A DNA stretch of 55,372 nt, from the NCBI GenBank assembly GCA_041743525.1, contig JBGTMN010000035.1:1-55372 (forward strand), given 5' to 3'. How positions within the stretch are numbered: position 1 is the first letter of the stretch; every line of letters begins with the position of its first letter. Of the stretch, positions 1 to 11,528 are shown piece by piece. The DNA is from Candidatus Saccharimonadales bacterium (GTDB lineage: Bacteria > Patescibacteriota > Saccharimonadia > Saccharimonadales > UBA4665). The notes under the pieces are model-generated. The model was not told where the DNA came from, did no database searches, and saw nothing but the letters and a program-made list of their open reading frames with translations. The translations under genes were made by a program, and so were the position numbers.

Positions 1-2168
1 GAGGCAGCCGTGCCGTTCACGGAATAGTGTACGCTCAAATCAGTGAACGTGCCGGTGGCTAATCGGGCCGTGAATGACACGTTATAGTTGTTGTTGGCTG
101 TCAGGGGAGAGGTCAGAGTGTTTCTAATTCCATCATTGGCAGCGGTGGTAGTGGCGACTAGTGCGGAAGCTTGACCGGTTGCAATGTAGTTTCCAGCCGT
201 AAAGTAACGATTTACCGTGGCACCGCCAATAGAAGTCCATGAACCAGCAGGGAAGGTACTGTCGCCGCCGGTTCCGGGAGTCTCAGCGCCGCTGACTGAC
301 GCGTATTCGGTGACGTTGCTATTGATGGATATGAGTGATGCGGCAGAAGATGTCTGGACGTTAAACAATGTTCCGTTTACCGGATTCGTACTGCTATCGC
401 GAATGGTGAGCCCGTTGGTTGTAGAAGTACTACTGACAACGAGTTCGGCGCCACCGGCACTTTGCAGGGTATTGTCGTAAGCACTCTGTAGGGTTGTCGA
501 GCTAGATGCACCCGCAGCAGTCCAAGCGCTGCCATTCCACATCATGGTTGCCGACGTGTTCTGGCGCATAGCGATCAAGTTTCCGACGCCCCCTCCATTA
601 ACTGAAAGATTAAAATCCTGCGATCCATTGGCAGCGGTAATATAAATGACGCGCCCAGCCGTGGTAATAGAAGGAGTCGGCAAGATGGCGGTTCGTCCAT
701 TTTGATTGAAGCCGATGAGTATGGCGGCAGAATTGTTAACTGAAGACTGAGCAACGGTACAGCTAATAGAAACCAATGCGCCTCCCGTGTAACAGTTTGG
801 ATCGTTCGTGGTGGTCGAAAAAGTCGGCGTACTAATGATGACGAGGCCGTTCGAACCGGTACCGATACCGGTACCACCTGTCAGTAGCAAAGAACCGCCG
901 TTCGCGTTGCCACTCGTGGCATTACCTCCTTGAATGGTCAGTGAGCCTCCGGTAACTGCGGTAGCCGTGCTGTTCGTGCCGCTGAGCGTAAAGTTTGCTG
1001 GTGCTGCTGCCGATACACCGTTCCCCATATACAGACTATTCGTATTGTTGAAGGTAGCCCGGATTATGCCATTTGTGCTTACAGTGACGCTGTCTTTTGC
1101 CTGAACGGTAGTCGTTCCGGCTGTAGCTCCGCCGCCGGAGCCAATCGTGACATTAGTGGTTCCACCGGCGGTGTTATTCGTGCCGATTCCAATATTCTGG
1201 GTGCCGGATGAAAGGGTGGTATTTCCAATCTGAATACTACTCGCCCGAACCGTGCCTATGCCAATAGTACCGGCTAGACCCGTACCGTTGCCTGCACCAC
1301 CGTCGATGAGTACGCTGCCACCGTTACCGTCGGTTCCTCCAGAGCCTCCTTGCAGAAGTAATGTTCCGCCAGCCAGCCCGCTGCCGCCATTGCCGGAGCC
1401 AGCCGCAACCGTCAAGGAATCACCGGCAAACCCCGAAGCTGCTGTTGCAACTGACAAGCTGCGGCTGCCATTGGCTCCAAAAAGAATGTCGCCGGAATTG
1501 GTCAGCGTGAAAGCGTCAGCACCGCCCGTTTGAAGCTTTAATAGATCGCCTGTACCGGTCTTATTGATGAATATACTGCTTGTATTGCTTGATGCGTCAG
1601 TTTGAACTCCTTGAGCGAGCTGCAGGAACTGAGCGCTCGTAAGTCCCCCAAGCCGCCCGGAATTTAGTGAGTACGGCGTTGATGACATGCGTTTCATAGG
1701 TACCATTTCGCCATCGGGATTACAGCTTGCGAAAGGTGTACATGTCGGGTTGATGCCGGCTATGTTCATGCTGAGCCACAACGTTTCCTGGTTCCAGTCG
1801 ACACTGCTACCGAACGGATTTACCGAACCAAGCTGGACGGACAGAAAACCATTCTTAACCACGACTCCCTGGCTGTTGGAGTTCATGTAAGTCTCCGTCC
1901 ATCGCAGACTGCCGGCGGGCGAGCCGGTAGTATTGCCGGCAGTCTGACCGTCCCCGTCCTGGTAAATCTTAAACTGAATATTGTAGAGTCCGTCGGGAAC
2001 AGTCGCTCCTTGGGAAGTCAAAAGCCGGCCCTGAAAGTTGATCTGTTGGTTAATGCCAGCGGCGGCCTGAGCCGGAGAAGCTGACAGCAGAATACTCATC
2101 AGAACTGCGCTTACCAGAAAGGTAATCGCGCCCACTAATCGGCAATATTGTCGTACACCTGGTCCCAT
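1..2168 (-). CDS. Large secreted surface protein, N-terminal 722 codons only (C-terminus lies beyond the left window edge)
   Basis: Absent from the ORF track because it has no stop in the window. Hand translation of the minus strand from ATG (2168..2166) stays open down to position 3. It reads MGPGVRQYCRLVGAITFLVSAVLMSILLSASPAQAAAGINQQINFQGRLLTSQGATVPDGLYNIQFKIYQDGDG..., a signal peptide followed by G/T/S/N-rich repeats (GGSGGTDGNGGSVLIDGGAGNGTG...). No competing long ORF exists in these 2.1 kb. Confidence 0.8.
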   Translation of the reverse strand, partial: MGPGVRQYCRLVGAITFLVSAVLMSILLSASPAQAAAGINQQINFQGRLLTSQGATVPDGLYNIQFKIYQDGDGQTAGNTTGSPAGSLRWTETYMNSNSQGVVVKNGFLSVQLGSVNPFGSSVDWNQETLWLSMNIAGINPTCTPFASCNPDGEMVPMKRMSSTPYSLNSGRLGGLTSAQFLQLAQGVQTDASSNTSSIFINKTGTGDLLKLQTGGADAFTLTNSGDILFGANGSRSLSVATAASGFAGDSLTVAAGSGNGGSGLAGGTLLLQGGSGGTDGNGGSVLIDGGAGNGTGLAGTIGIGTVRASSIQIGNTTLSSGTQNIGIGTNNTAGGTTNVTIGSGGGATAGTTTVQAKDSVTVSTNGIIRATFNNTNSLYMGNGVSAAAPANFTLSGTNSTATAVTGGSLTIQGGNATSGNANGGSLLLTGGTGIGTGSNGLVIISTPTFSTTTNDPNCYTGGALVSISCTVAQSSVNNSAAILIGFNQNGRTAILPTPSITTAGRVIYITAANGSQDFNLSVNGGGVGNLIAMRQNTSATMMWNGSAWTAAGASSSTTLQSAYDNTLQSAGGAELVVSSTSTTNGLTIRDSSTNPVNGTLFNVQTSSAASLISINSNVTEYASVSGAETPGTGGDSTFPAGSWTSIGGATVNRYFTAGNYIATGQASALVATTTAANDGIRNTLTSPLTANNNYNVSFTARLATGTFTDLSVHYSVNGTAA

Positions 2169-2310
2169 GTTGTTTTTTGTTCCACTTTGTAATACGTTTT
2201 TGTTTTGCTTGGAAGTCTCTCAAGCTACATGTATCTACATCAAGCGTAACCGTTTTACTTATGAAATGCAAGTGTATTTAAAAGAAGTGCTAAAGTACTT
2301 GTGGATAACC

Positions 2311-3273
2311 CTAGGCAGTTCTTTGTGTCGGGTATTGCCGGCTTTCCAGAATGTGTTTTTCCCGGCGTTCGCCGAGCCAAAAACTGATGACGATAGCGAC
2401 GGCGCTGGTGTAGAGCGGCCAAAGCGCTAGAAGTTTATTCGTTGGTGGTGCAACGGTGCTGGAAATGCCCGTACCGGATGGTTGGCCGTTCACGATTGCA
2501 ACGACGCTTAAAAATGCGACGCGTCCGACAGCGTCGGTTGCCTGCATGGTAATGGGATAATTGCCTGGTTTTTTGTAAGTATGATTGGCTTTGAAGGGCG
2601 TGTTATTGTCTCTTGGAATAAGTTTGTTGTTATTATCGCCCCATTGGATATTTAGTGCGAACGGGGGCGTTCCCCCGAGTATGCTTATTGGAACACTGAG
2701 CTCTTTGCCGGGGAATATACCCCGGTACACACTGTCGGTACTCAGGAGTAATTGTGGGCCGCCAAAATTGAGTCCGGCTAACGGTGCACCTTGAGGCGGT
2801 GATGCATCATAAAATATATTGACTGGCGCCGAATCCGGACCGGGCTGATTCAATTCGTCGTATACTTTGGCGATAAGGGTGTTCGCTCCGTACATCAGGT
2901 CGATGTCGAACTTGAACGTACCGGAGTCGCTACAGGTGCCGGAACCGGCGAAGATGTCATTCTTATAAATCTCTACCAGCGTTTTGGCAGGGCAGGTACC
3001 TTCGACCGTGATGGGAGATTCCGTGAAACGCTGGCCGGAAGTTGGCGAGGTAATGGTAGCGGCGGTTTTCGGAGGTGGCCCGGGCATTCTGCCCGTGAGA
3101 CCGATAGATTCGGCCTGCGGAGGAGGACTGGCGGCCTGTACTGATGATATCATTAAAGCGACTCCGACCAGCACAAGAAGCACGGCTAATGGTCCGTACG
3201 ATGTAAATTCGTGGGGCCTGAGTTTGCCGCTGTGGCTGTGATGGATTATCTTGAAACGCTCAAGCATAAGCAT
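2311..3273 (-). CDS. Bitopic membrane protein with Ig-like and PKD-like domains
   Basis: N-terminal His-rich segment (HHSHSGKLRPHEFTSY) followed by a TM helix. PKD-type signature WGDNNN...HTYKKPGNYPITMQATDAVG. Second hydrophobic helix near the C-terminus (LLALWPLYTSAVAIVISFWL). Confidence 0.65.
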   Translation of the reverse strand: MLMLERFKIIHHSHSGKLRPHEFTSYGPLAVLLVLVGVALMISSVQAASPPPQAESIGLTGRMPGPPPKTAATITSPTSGQRFTESPITVEGTCPAKTLVEIYKNDIFAGSGTCSDSGTFKFDIDLMYGANTLIAKVYDELNQPGPDSAPVNIFYDASPPQGAPLAGLNFGGPQLLLSTDSVYRGIFPGKELSVPISILGGTPPFALNIQWGDNNNKLIPRDNNTPFKANHTYKKPGNYPITMQATDAVGRVAFLSVVAIVNGQPSGTGISSTVAPPTNKLLALWPLYTSAVAIVISFWLGERREKHILESRQYPTQRTA

Positions 3274-3344
3274 AGTATATCATCGTTGACCTGCATTCAC
3301 TTCTTCTGCTTCTTGAGTGCTACAAACAAGCTTGAAGAGTAAGA

Positions 3345-4361
3345 CTACTTGCGTTTGGACTTCGTGGCTTTGTTAATGACGCGCTGGTTGTGGTACTTGA
3401 AGAATGTCCGCGTTCCAAAGGCTCCGCCCACGAGGACGACGACCGCCGCTCCGATCAATCGGTATGGTACGACCCAGAAGGTGATAGTTTCGGTCATTTC
3501 CTTTTTGTCTGCGCCGTAAGTTAGTTTTAGGTCTGCGGTGTAGCGCCCGAACAGTTTTTTGGTACCGAGCACGCTGCTATCAAGCGGTTGATCGAATTTG
3601 CGGACACTTCCTGGCAAAATGTTGCGTGGAGGGAGGTTTACGTTGACTGCCGCAACTTTGTTTCCGAACATGTCGGTGATGACGACCTGGCCGGCGGGCT
3701 GATCGTGTATATTTCCGTCGTTTTTAATTCTTTGGGTAAAAGTGAGAGGGGTTGATTCGAATATAGTCCCAGTGCTACCATCTTTTTCTATTGTAAATGA
3801 TTCAATTCCCATGGACTCGTTTACGGGGCCATTGACGGTTATAAATACGAGAGCTCCGAGGCTCGCAGAAAGTGACACGCCGGTTCCTTCAAGTTCCGGA
3901 GGAGTGGCAGTGAACCTGACGACACCGTAATGTCCGCCAGGTGAGGCGTTAGCCGGTATTTTTATAGTGATAGGTAGGTTTTTAATTTCCTTTGGAACTA
4001 AGCGCATGGTTGCAAGCGGATTGACCCAGCCTTTAATAGAGTAGGGGTTGTCTCCATCATCTTCCATGAGTATTTTTGGCGTTCCGTCTTCTCCGGCTGC
4101 AATAAAGTCATTAATCTGAGCACTGACGATGAGTGGTGAGCTTGATATGTCACGAAGGCTAATCTGGGCCTTGATGGTTTGTCCGGGGTCGCCTTTAAGC
4201 GTTAGAACTGGTGGAGCGATTTCAAGAGCCTGGCCGCCGGTGTTGGTCGTAGGGGCAGGCGGCTTAGCTGTCGTTTGAGCTGTTGCAGGTTCGGCACTTG
4301 CGACGAAGGAGCAAAACACGATGCTGAAGCTGATAATTGCGAATTTATAACGGATATTCAT
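3345..4361 (-). CDS. DUF916/DUF3324-like (CscA-like) cell-surface protein with two beta-rich domains and a C-terminal TM anchor
   Basis: Signal peptide (FVASAEPATA). Motif ...IPANASPGGHYGVVRFTA... in the first half and ...NILPGSVRKF...FGRYTADLKLTYG in the second. C-terminal TM helix plus basic tail KATKSKRK. Size and topology match the WxL-operon partner proteins of Firmicutes (from memory, no HMM run). Confidence 0.5.
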   Translation of the reverse strand: MNIRYKFAIISFSIVFCSFVASAEPATAQTTAKPPAPTTNTGGQALEIAPPVLTLKGDPGQTIKAQISLRDISSSPLIVSAQINDFIAAGEDGTPKILMEDDGDNPYSIKGWVNPLATMRLVPKEIKNLPITIKIPANASPGGHYGVVRFTATPPELEGTGVSLSASLGALVFITVNGPVNESMGIESFTIEKDGSTGTIFESTPLTFTQRIKNDGNIHDQPAGQVVITDMFGNKVAAVNVNLPPRNILPGSVRKFDQPLDSSVLGTKKLFGRYTADLKLTYGADKKEMTETITFWVVPYRLIGAAVVVLVGGAFGTRTFFKYHNQRVINKATKSKRK

Positions 4362-4364
4362 GAG

Positions 4365-5477
4365 CTAGAACGTAGCGGTGCATACGTAGGTTAGTGTCGT
4401 GGTATAGGTACCTGCAATCTGGCTACCGGCGACGTTGACCATATAAGAGATGGTATATATCTGAGAGTTAGTCGGTCCGGGGGCGGCATCGGCGCTGTTT
4501 GCAATACTGTCACCTGATACAAATTTGAATTCTTCGGCGGTCGCGTAGTCGGCAGTTGGTTGACCGCGAAGATCGGTTTGGTTCGATAGGGGGGCGATCA
4601 AGCTACCAAAAGGATCGGTGGCTGTGGTGGTGTTTGCAACCAGGTTCATGCCGAATTGACCGGAACCTCGTGCGCCTGGCGCTTTTGCGGCCATGGCAGT
4701 GATCGTGTTGCTTCCTGAAGTGAGGGTTGGACCGGTGACTGTTATATTATAGCCATTTGTGGCATTAGTAGAGGCGGCCATTTGGGAGGTGGCGTATGCA
4801 GTGTCACTCGGAGAGAAAAGCTGGTTAAAATCTATAGCGCCACTGGTAGCCGTGGAACAGTCTGGTATGCCGGCATTCGCAGTTATAGTACCGCCGGTAC
4901 AGAATATGATAGATTCAGGCATTATTCCTGTCAGGATAATCTGTGTCGCGGTACTTGCGGCAACGGTACCGGTGTCCACTAGAGTTCCAGTTGTGTCTGT
5001 TGAAGCAAATGTTGATATACGGACAAAGAACATTTCGTTATCGGTAGTCGGGTTTGTGACGCTATCTAGTCTATAACTTAGCGCTGTGCTGCCAGTTATA
5101 GACGATGCGGTACGAGTTATATAGGGCGAACCATTTGTTGTATTGACCATCGTAAAGCCCGTTGCACCCGTCTCGTTGCCTAATGTAGCCGATGTTGTCG
5201 CTAATCCTGTGGGAAGAGTACAGGTTCCGCTGGCGGTCGTGCAATACAAGAATTGGATCGAACCGACAGCGTTTGTTGTAGGGACGGTAAAAGTCAGCAG
5301 GTGATTCACGACACCGCCGGGCTTAGAGCCACCGTCTGTAGCGCCCGATTGCAGGGTAAGGGTTCGGTCTACGATCTGAGCAGCAGATACCTGGTGAGCA
5401 GGGAATGCCGAGCTTAGAACAGCTGCGAGCATTACTACAGATACTAAAACGGGGACTTGCCTACCAATAACTCTCAT
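4365..5477 (-). CDS. Secreted two-domain surface protein, WxL/SCPU-like C-terminal domain (paralog A)
   Basis: Signal peptide ...AHQVSAAQ. Close paralog of 5560..6693. Ends ...QIAGTYTTTLTYVCTATF-stop. Confidence 0.75.
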   Translation of the reverse strand: MRVIGRQVPVLVSVVMLAAVLSSAFPAHQVSAAQIVDRTLTLQSGATDGGSKPGGVVNHLLTFTVPTTNAVGSIQFLYCTTASGTCTLPTGLATTSATLGNETGATGFTMVNTTNGSPYITRTASSITGSTALSYRLDSVTNPTTDNEMFFVRISTFASTDTTGTLVDTGTVAASTATQIILTGIMPESIIFCTGGTITANAGIPDCSTATSGAIDFNQLFSPSDTAYATSQMAASTNATNGYNITVTGPTLTSGSNTITAMAAKAPGARGSGQFGMNLVANTTTATDPFGSLIAPLSNQTDLRGQPTADYATAEEFKFVSGDSIANSADAAPGPTNSQIYTISYMVNVAGSQIAGTYTTTLTYVCTATF

Positions 5478-5559
5478 GTCTGAATCTTAGCATAAGCAAG
5501 AATTATCAGTCAAAAGATTTTTACTACATTTTTAAGCGGTCGAACAGTAATTCGGTGCT

Positions 5560-6693
5560 TTAGAAGGTTGGCGTACAGATGTAGGTCAGGGTGGTGGTGT
5601 AGGTACCAGCGGGCTGGCTACCAGGTACGTTCACGATGTATGATGCGGTAAAGATCTGGGCATCGGAGCCACCAGCTCCACCAAATGCACTGTCTGCGAC
5701 ACTGTCACCGGTGATGTATTTAAATTCGTCGACGGTACCGTAATCGGTGGTAGCTTGCGCGCGGTAATTCGTCCCGTTGGAAGCGAGGCTTACTTCGGCA
5801 CCGATTGCCGGAGTTGATGTAAGTACGGTATTTTCTTTGAGGTTCATGCCGAACTGGCTAACACCGCGGATTCCGAGGGCTCTTGCGGCCATAGGGCTAA
5901 TCGTGTTGGATCCTGAAGTCAGCGTAGGCCCGTTGACGGTTATGACATAGCCACTGCCGGCATTGGTTGATGCAGCCATCTGTGATGATGCAGTCGCAGT
6001 GTCGGTAGGGGAGAAGAGCTGATTGAAGCTGATGACACCACTTGTCGCAGTTGCACAGTCAGGGACGCCGGCTGTCAGGCCGATAGTTGCACCTGCACAG
6101 AAGACGAGTGATTCGGGCATGGTGCCATCAAGGATAATCTGAGTAGCGGTGCTTGAAGTGACGGTTCCTGAGTCTACGATAGAACCCGATGTGTCAGTAG
6201 ATAAGTATGTTGTGATACGAACATGGAAAGTCTGGTTGGTAGTAGTTGGATTTACGATATTATCAAGGCGATAAGAAAGTACCGTATTTGTGTTAACATT
6301 GGCGGCCGTACGAGTCAGGTAGGGCATTCCGTTTGTCGCGTTTACTATGTTGAAACCGCTCGCACCAGATTCGGCTCCTAGGGCAGCAGAAGTCGTATTC
6401 AGTCCTGTCGGTGTATCGCAGTCCAAGCCGTTCGCGACGGCAGCCGCGGTCGTACAGTATTGGAATCGTATAGATCCGACATCGCTGCCGCCAGGCACTG
6501 TGAAGTTGAACACGTGGTTCACGGTGCCGCCGGGCATCGATCCGCCGTCGCCACCGGCTCCGGCCTGCAAGGTTAAGCTTCGCGTTGTTATTTGAGCCGC
6601 TGATGCGGTATCGGGCGGCAAGACTTGCAGCACTATGCTTGCGATCAGTGTCGCTACGGCGAATAGTCCAAAGAATGTATTTTTTTGTTTCAT
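5560..6693 (-). CDS. Secreted two-domain surface protein, WxL/SCPU-like C-terminal domain (paralog B)
   Basis: Signal peptide ...DTASAAQ. Collinear with paralog A (e.g. STATQIILDGTMPESLVFCAG..., QFGMNLKENT). Ends ...PAGTYTTTLTYICTPTF-stop. Confidence 0.75.
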   Translation of the reverse strand: MKQKNTFFGLFAVATLIASIVLQVLPPDTASAAQITTRSLTLQAGAGGDGGSMPGGTVNHVFNFTVPGGSDVGSIRFQYCTTAAAVANGLDCDTPTGLNTTSAALGAESGASGFNIVNATNGMPYLTRTAANVNTNTVLSYRLDNIVNPTTTNQTFHVRITTYLSTDTSGSIVDSGTVTSSTATQIILDGTMPESLVFCAGATIGLTAGVPDCATATSGVISFNQLFSPTDTATASSQMAASTNAGSGYVITVNGPTLTSGSNTISPMAARALGIRGVSQFGMNLKENTVLTSTPAIGAEVSLASNGTNYRAQATTDYGTVDEFKYITGDSVADSAFGGAGGSDAQIFTASYIVNVPGSQPAGTYTTTLTYICTPTF

Positions 6694-6819
6694 GATCTTT
6701 TGTTTTTAAGTTGTAAAGTTTTTTGTTTTTAGTTGTTTCATATGGAGCTTAACACAAGCGTTATAGCCTGGTCAATACATTTTACGATGCAACAATTACA
6801 ACATATCGGTTTTGGACAT

Positions 6820-7551
6820 CTAATAAGTACCGGTACAGATTACAGTCTGGTCTGCGGTATAGATTCCGCCAGGGGTGAGTCCGGTGACATTGACGATATA
6901 ACTGATGGTATAGGTAGTTACACCCGAACTGCCCGGTGCGGTTGCGATTGTTTCGCCATTTACGTATCGGTACTGATTTGATGTCGAATAATTCGAAGCG
7001 GCCGAGCCGATACCGAATATGCTGCGCTCGGGATTGGAGCCAAAAGATTCCGGCGATGTGTTCGCCACTAGATTTATGCCGAACTGTTCTATGCCGGTTT
7101 GAGAGTAGTCGGTAGTGCCCATAGCGGCGATCTTGTGCTGACCGTTTGTTGGCGGGTCACCGACTATCTGTACTGCGTAACCATAGCTGGTGTAATTTGA
7201 TACGGAAAAAGTGGACGTTGCCGTAGCGGCCGTCATCGGTGAAAATGTTCCGAAGTTGGCCTGTGAACCGTCGATGGTTATAGAAAGGGTAGGATCGGCA
7301 GTGGTTTGCGAGCCGCCGTCAGTCTGGAAATTTTCGGACGCCGAGTTACCGACTGCCGTGTCGCCAACAGACAAGCTCCCTCGATAGTTCGCGGAATTCG
7401 AGTTTATCAGACCGCCTGCGCCCAAAACGCTTTCATCAAATTTGAAATTTTGCGATTCGAGGGTCTGGGCGCTCGCTATGCCAATAAAAGTTGAGGCGCC
7501 GAATACCGCCACAAAACACCAGGCGACCCATTTTACCATCCACTTCGACAT
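6820..7551 (-). CDS. Secreted single-domain paralog of the WxL/SCPU-like family (first gene of the operon)
   Basis: Signal peptide ...GIASAQT. Shares QFGINLVANT, YTISYIVNVTG and the terminus GGIYTADQTVICTGTY-stop with the C-terminal halves of the two larger paralogs. Confidence 0.7.
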   Translation of the reverse strand: MSKWMVKWVAWCFVAVFGASTFIGIASAQTLESQNFKFDESVLGAGGLINSNSANYRGSLSVGDTAVGNSASENFQTDGGSQTTADPTLSITIDGSQANFGTFSPMTAATATSTFSVSNYTSYGYAVQIVGDPPTNGQHKIAAMGTTDYSQTGIEQFGINLVANTSPESFGSNPERSIFGIGSAASNYSTSNQYRYVNGETIATAPGSSGVTTYTISYIVNVTGLTPGGIYTADQTVICTGTY

Positions 7552-7776
7552 GATTGTATTGTTTCTGAAAATGTCGAAATTTGCAAATCGCTAAAGCTTT
7601 ATGAGGACTGACGCAAAATGTATATTCCGGGCGAAAACGATCTGCTTCTCAGTTAGCATACAGAAGTACGCTTCTTTTACGGTGCTCCTTTTTTGTTCCA
7701 GACTGCACTATTTCGCGAAAATCCTATTTGTATGAATCAACTAATTATTAGTTTTGAAAGCCCAAACCAACCATAG

Positions 7777-7805
7777 TTGCTCAGAGGTAGCTTAAGCGGT
7801 ATAAT
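7777..7805 (+). promoter_or_regulatory. Putative sigma70-type promoter for 7835..8875
   Basis: TTGCTC (7777-7782), 17-nt spacer, TATAAT (7800-7805), about 30 nt upstream of the ATG. Confidence 0.4.
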
Positions 7806-7834
7806 TAGCACAAGGGAATCGAGGGTAAGTAATA

Positions 7835-8875
7835 ATGGCGGACACACCACCGCAAGAATCAAACGGGCAATCATCTGGAACACCAGCTGCTGAAGAACTG
7901 AAGCCTAAATCTGCCGACGCATCGCCAGGTCAGGAGGCTGCAATCGCTGGCGCAAAACCGGGCAAAAATCCGCTCCGTACGACGTATCGACCGAGCCATA
8001 AAGCGACATTCGTCGGTTTGGCCGTGATAGTGGCTATTCTGGCGGTGAATGTCGCTGTCATCACATTTGTTATAAAAAAACAATCTGGCGGTTTGTCTCA
8101 GGCTAATCAGGCGGAAGTCGTGCTGACGCCAGGAGTTTTGGATAGACTTGGCGTAAACCGCGGTACGGTCGGAGATAGCGGTGTGGAGCTGGTCGTAGCT
8201 CCGAATTCGCGCTTTAGCGGAAAAGTTCAGGTTGGCGGGGACGTCAGTATTGGCGGGGAGCTCAAGTTGAACAGCAAATTCACGGCCACAGACGCCAGCT
8301 TAGCGCAGCTCGAGGCTGGAAAAACATCTTTGGCAGATTTGAACGTAAACGGAGATGCGACCGTATCGGCATTGAACCTGCGCAACAATCTGGCAGTGGC
8401 CGGACAGACGCGGCTTCAGGGGCCTGTTACTATCAATCAATTACTAACGGTCGCCAATAATGCGAATATTGCCGGAAACTTAGCGGTTGGCGGTGTTCTA
8501 TCGACCAGAGGTTTTCAGGCGACGAACCTCGTCGTAGACTCTACGTTAACTATCGGCGGGCATTTTATAACCCGTGGTTCGCCGCCGACTGCAACGCCTG
8601 GACCAGGACTTGGGAATAACGGTACTATGTCGATTAGCGGAACCGATGCCGCCGGAACTATCTCAATCAATACTGGAACCGGAGCACAGGGAGGAATTCT
8701 GGCGAACGTAACTTTTCGTAATCAGTACGGGTCGTCACCCCGAGTGGTCGCAACTGTCATAGGAGGTGGCACCGGCAGTGTGTTCGTGAACCGTAATACC
8801 CGCGGCTTTAGTGTGGGCATAAACGGTCCGATTGCTCCTGGCGGCTATGCGATCGATTACATCGTGATGCAATAA
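7835..8875 (+). CDS. Membrane-anchored beta-helix repeat protein (hypothetical)
   Basis: Charged, Pro-rich N-terminus and one TM helix (FVGLAVIVAILAVNVAVITFVI). Then degenerate repeats such as GDVSIGGELKLNS / NLAVAGQTRLQGPVTI / ANIAGNLAVGGVLS. Confidence 0.6.
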   Translation: MADTPPQESNGQSSGTPAAEELKPKSADASPGQEAAIAGAKPGKNPLRTTYRPSHKATFVGLAVIVAILAVNVAVITFVIKKQSGGLSQANQAEVVLTPGVLDRLGVNRGTVGDSGVELVVAPNSRFSGKVQVGGDVSIGGELKLNSKFTATDASLAQLEAGKTSLADLNVNGDATVSALNLRNNLAVAGQTRLQGPVTINQLLTVANNANIAGNLAVGGVLSTRGFQATNLVVDSTLTIGGHFITRGSPPTATPGPGLGNNGTMSISGTDAAGTISINTGTGAQGGILANVTFRNQYGSSPRVVATVIGGGTGSVFVNRNTRGFSVGINGPIAPGGYAIDYIVMQ

Positions 8876-8914
8876 TTCAGGCGTTCAAATATAATAGTTC
8901 TGCTCTGTAGATAA

Positions 8915-11524
<2,610 letters not shown>

Positions 11525-11528
<4 letters not shown>

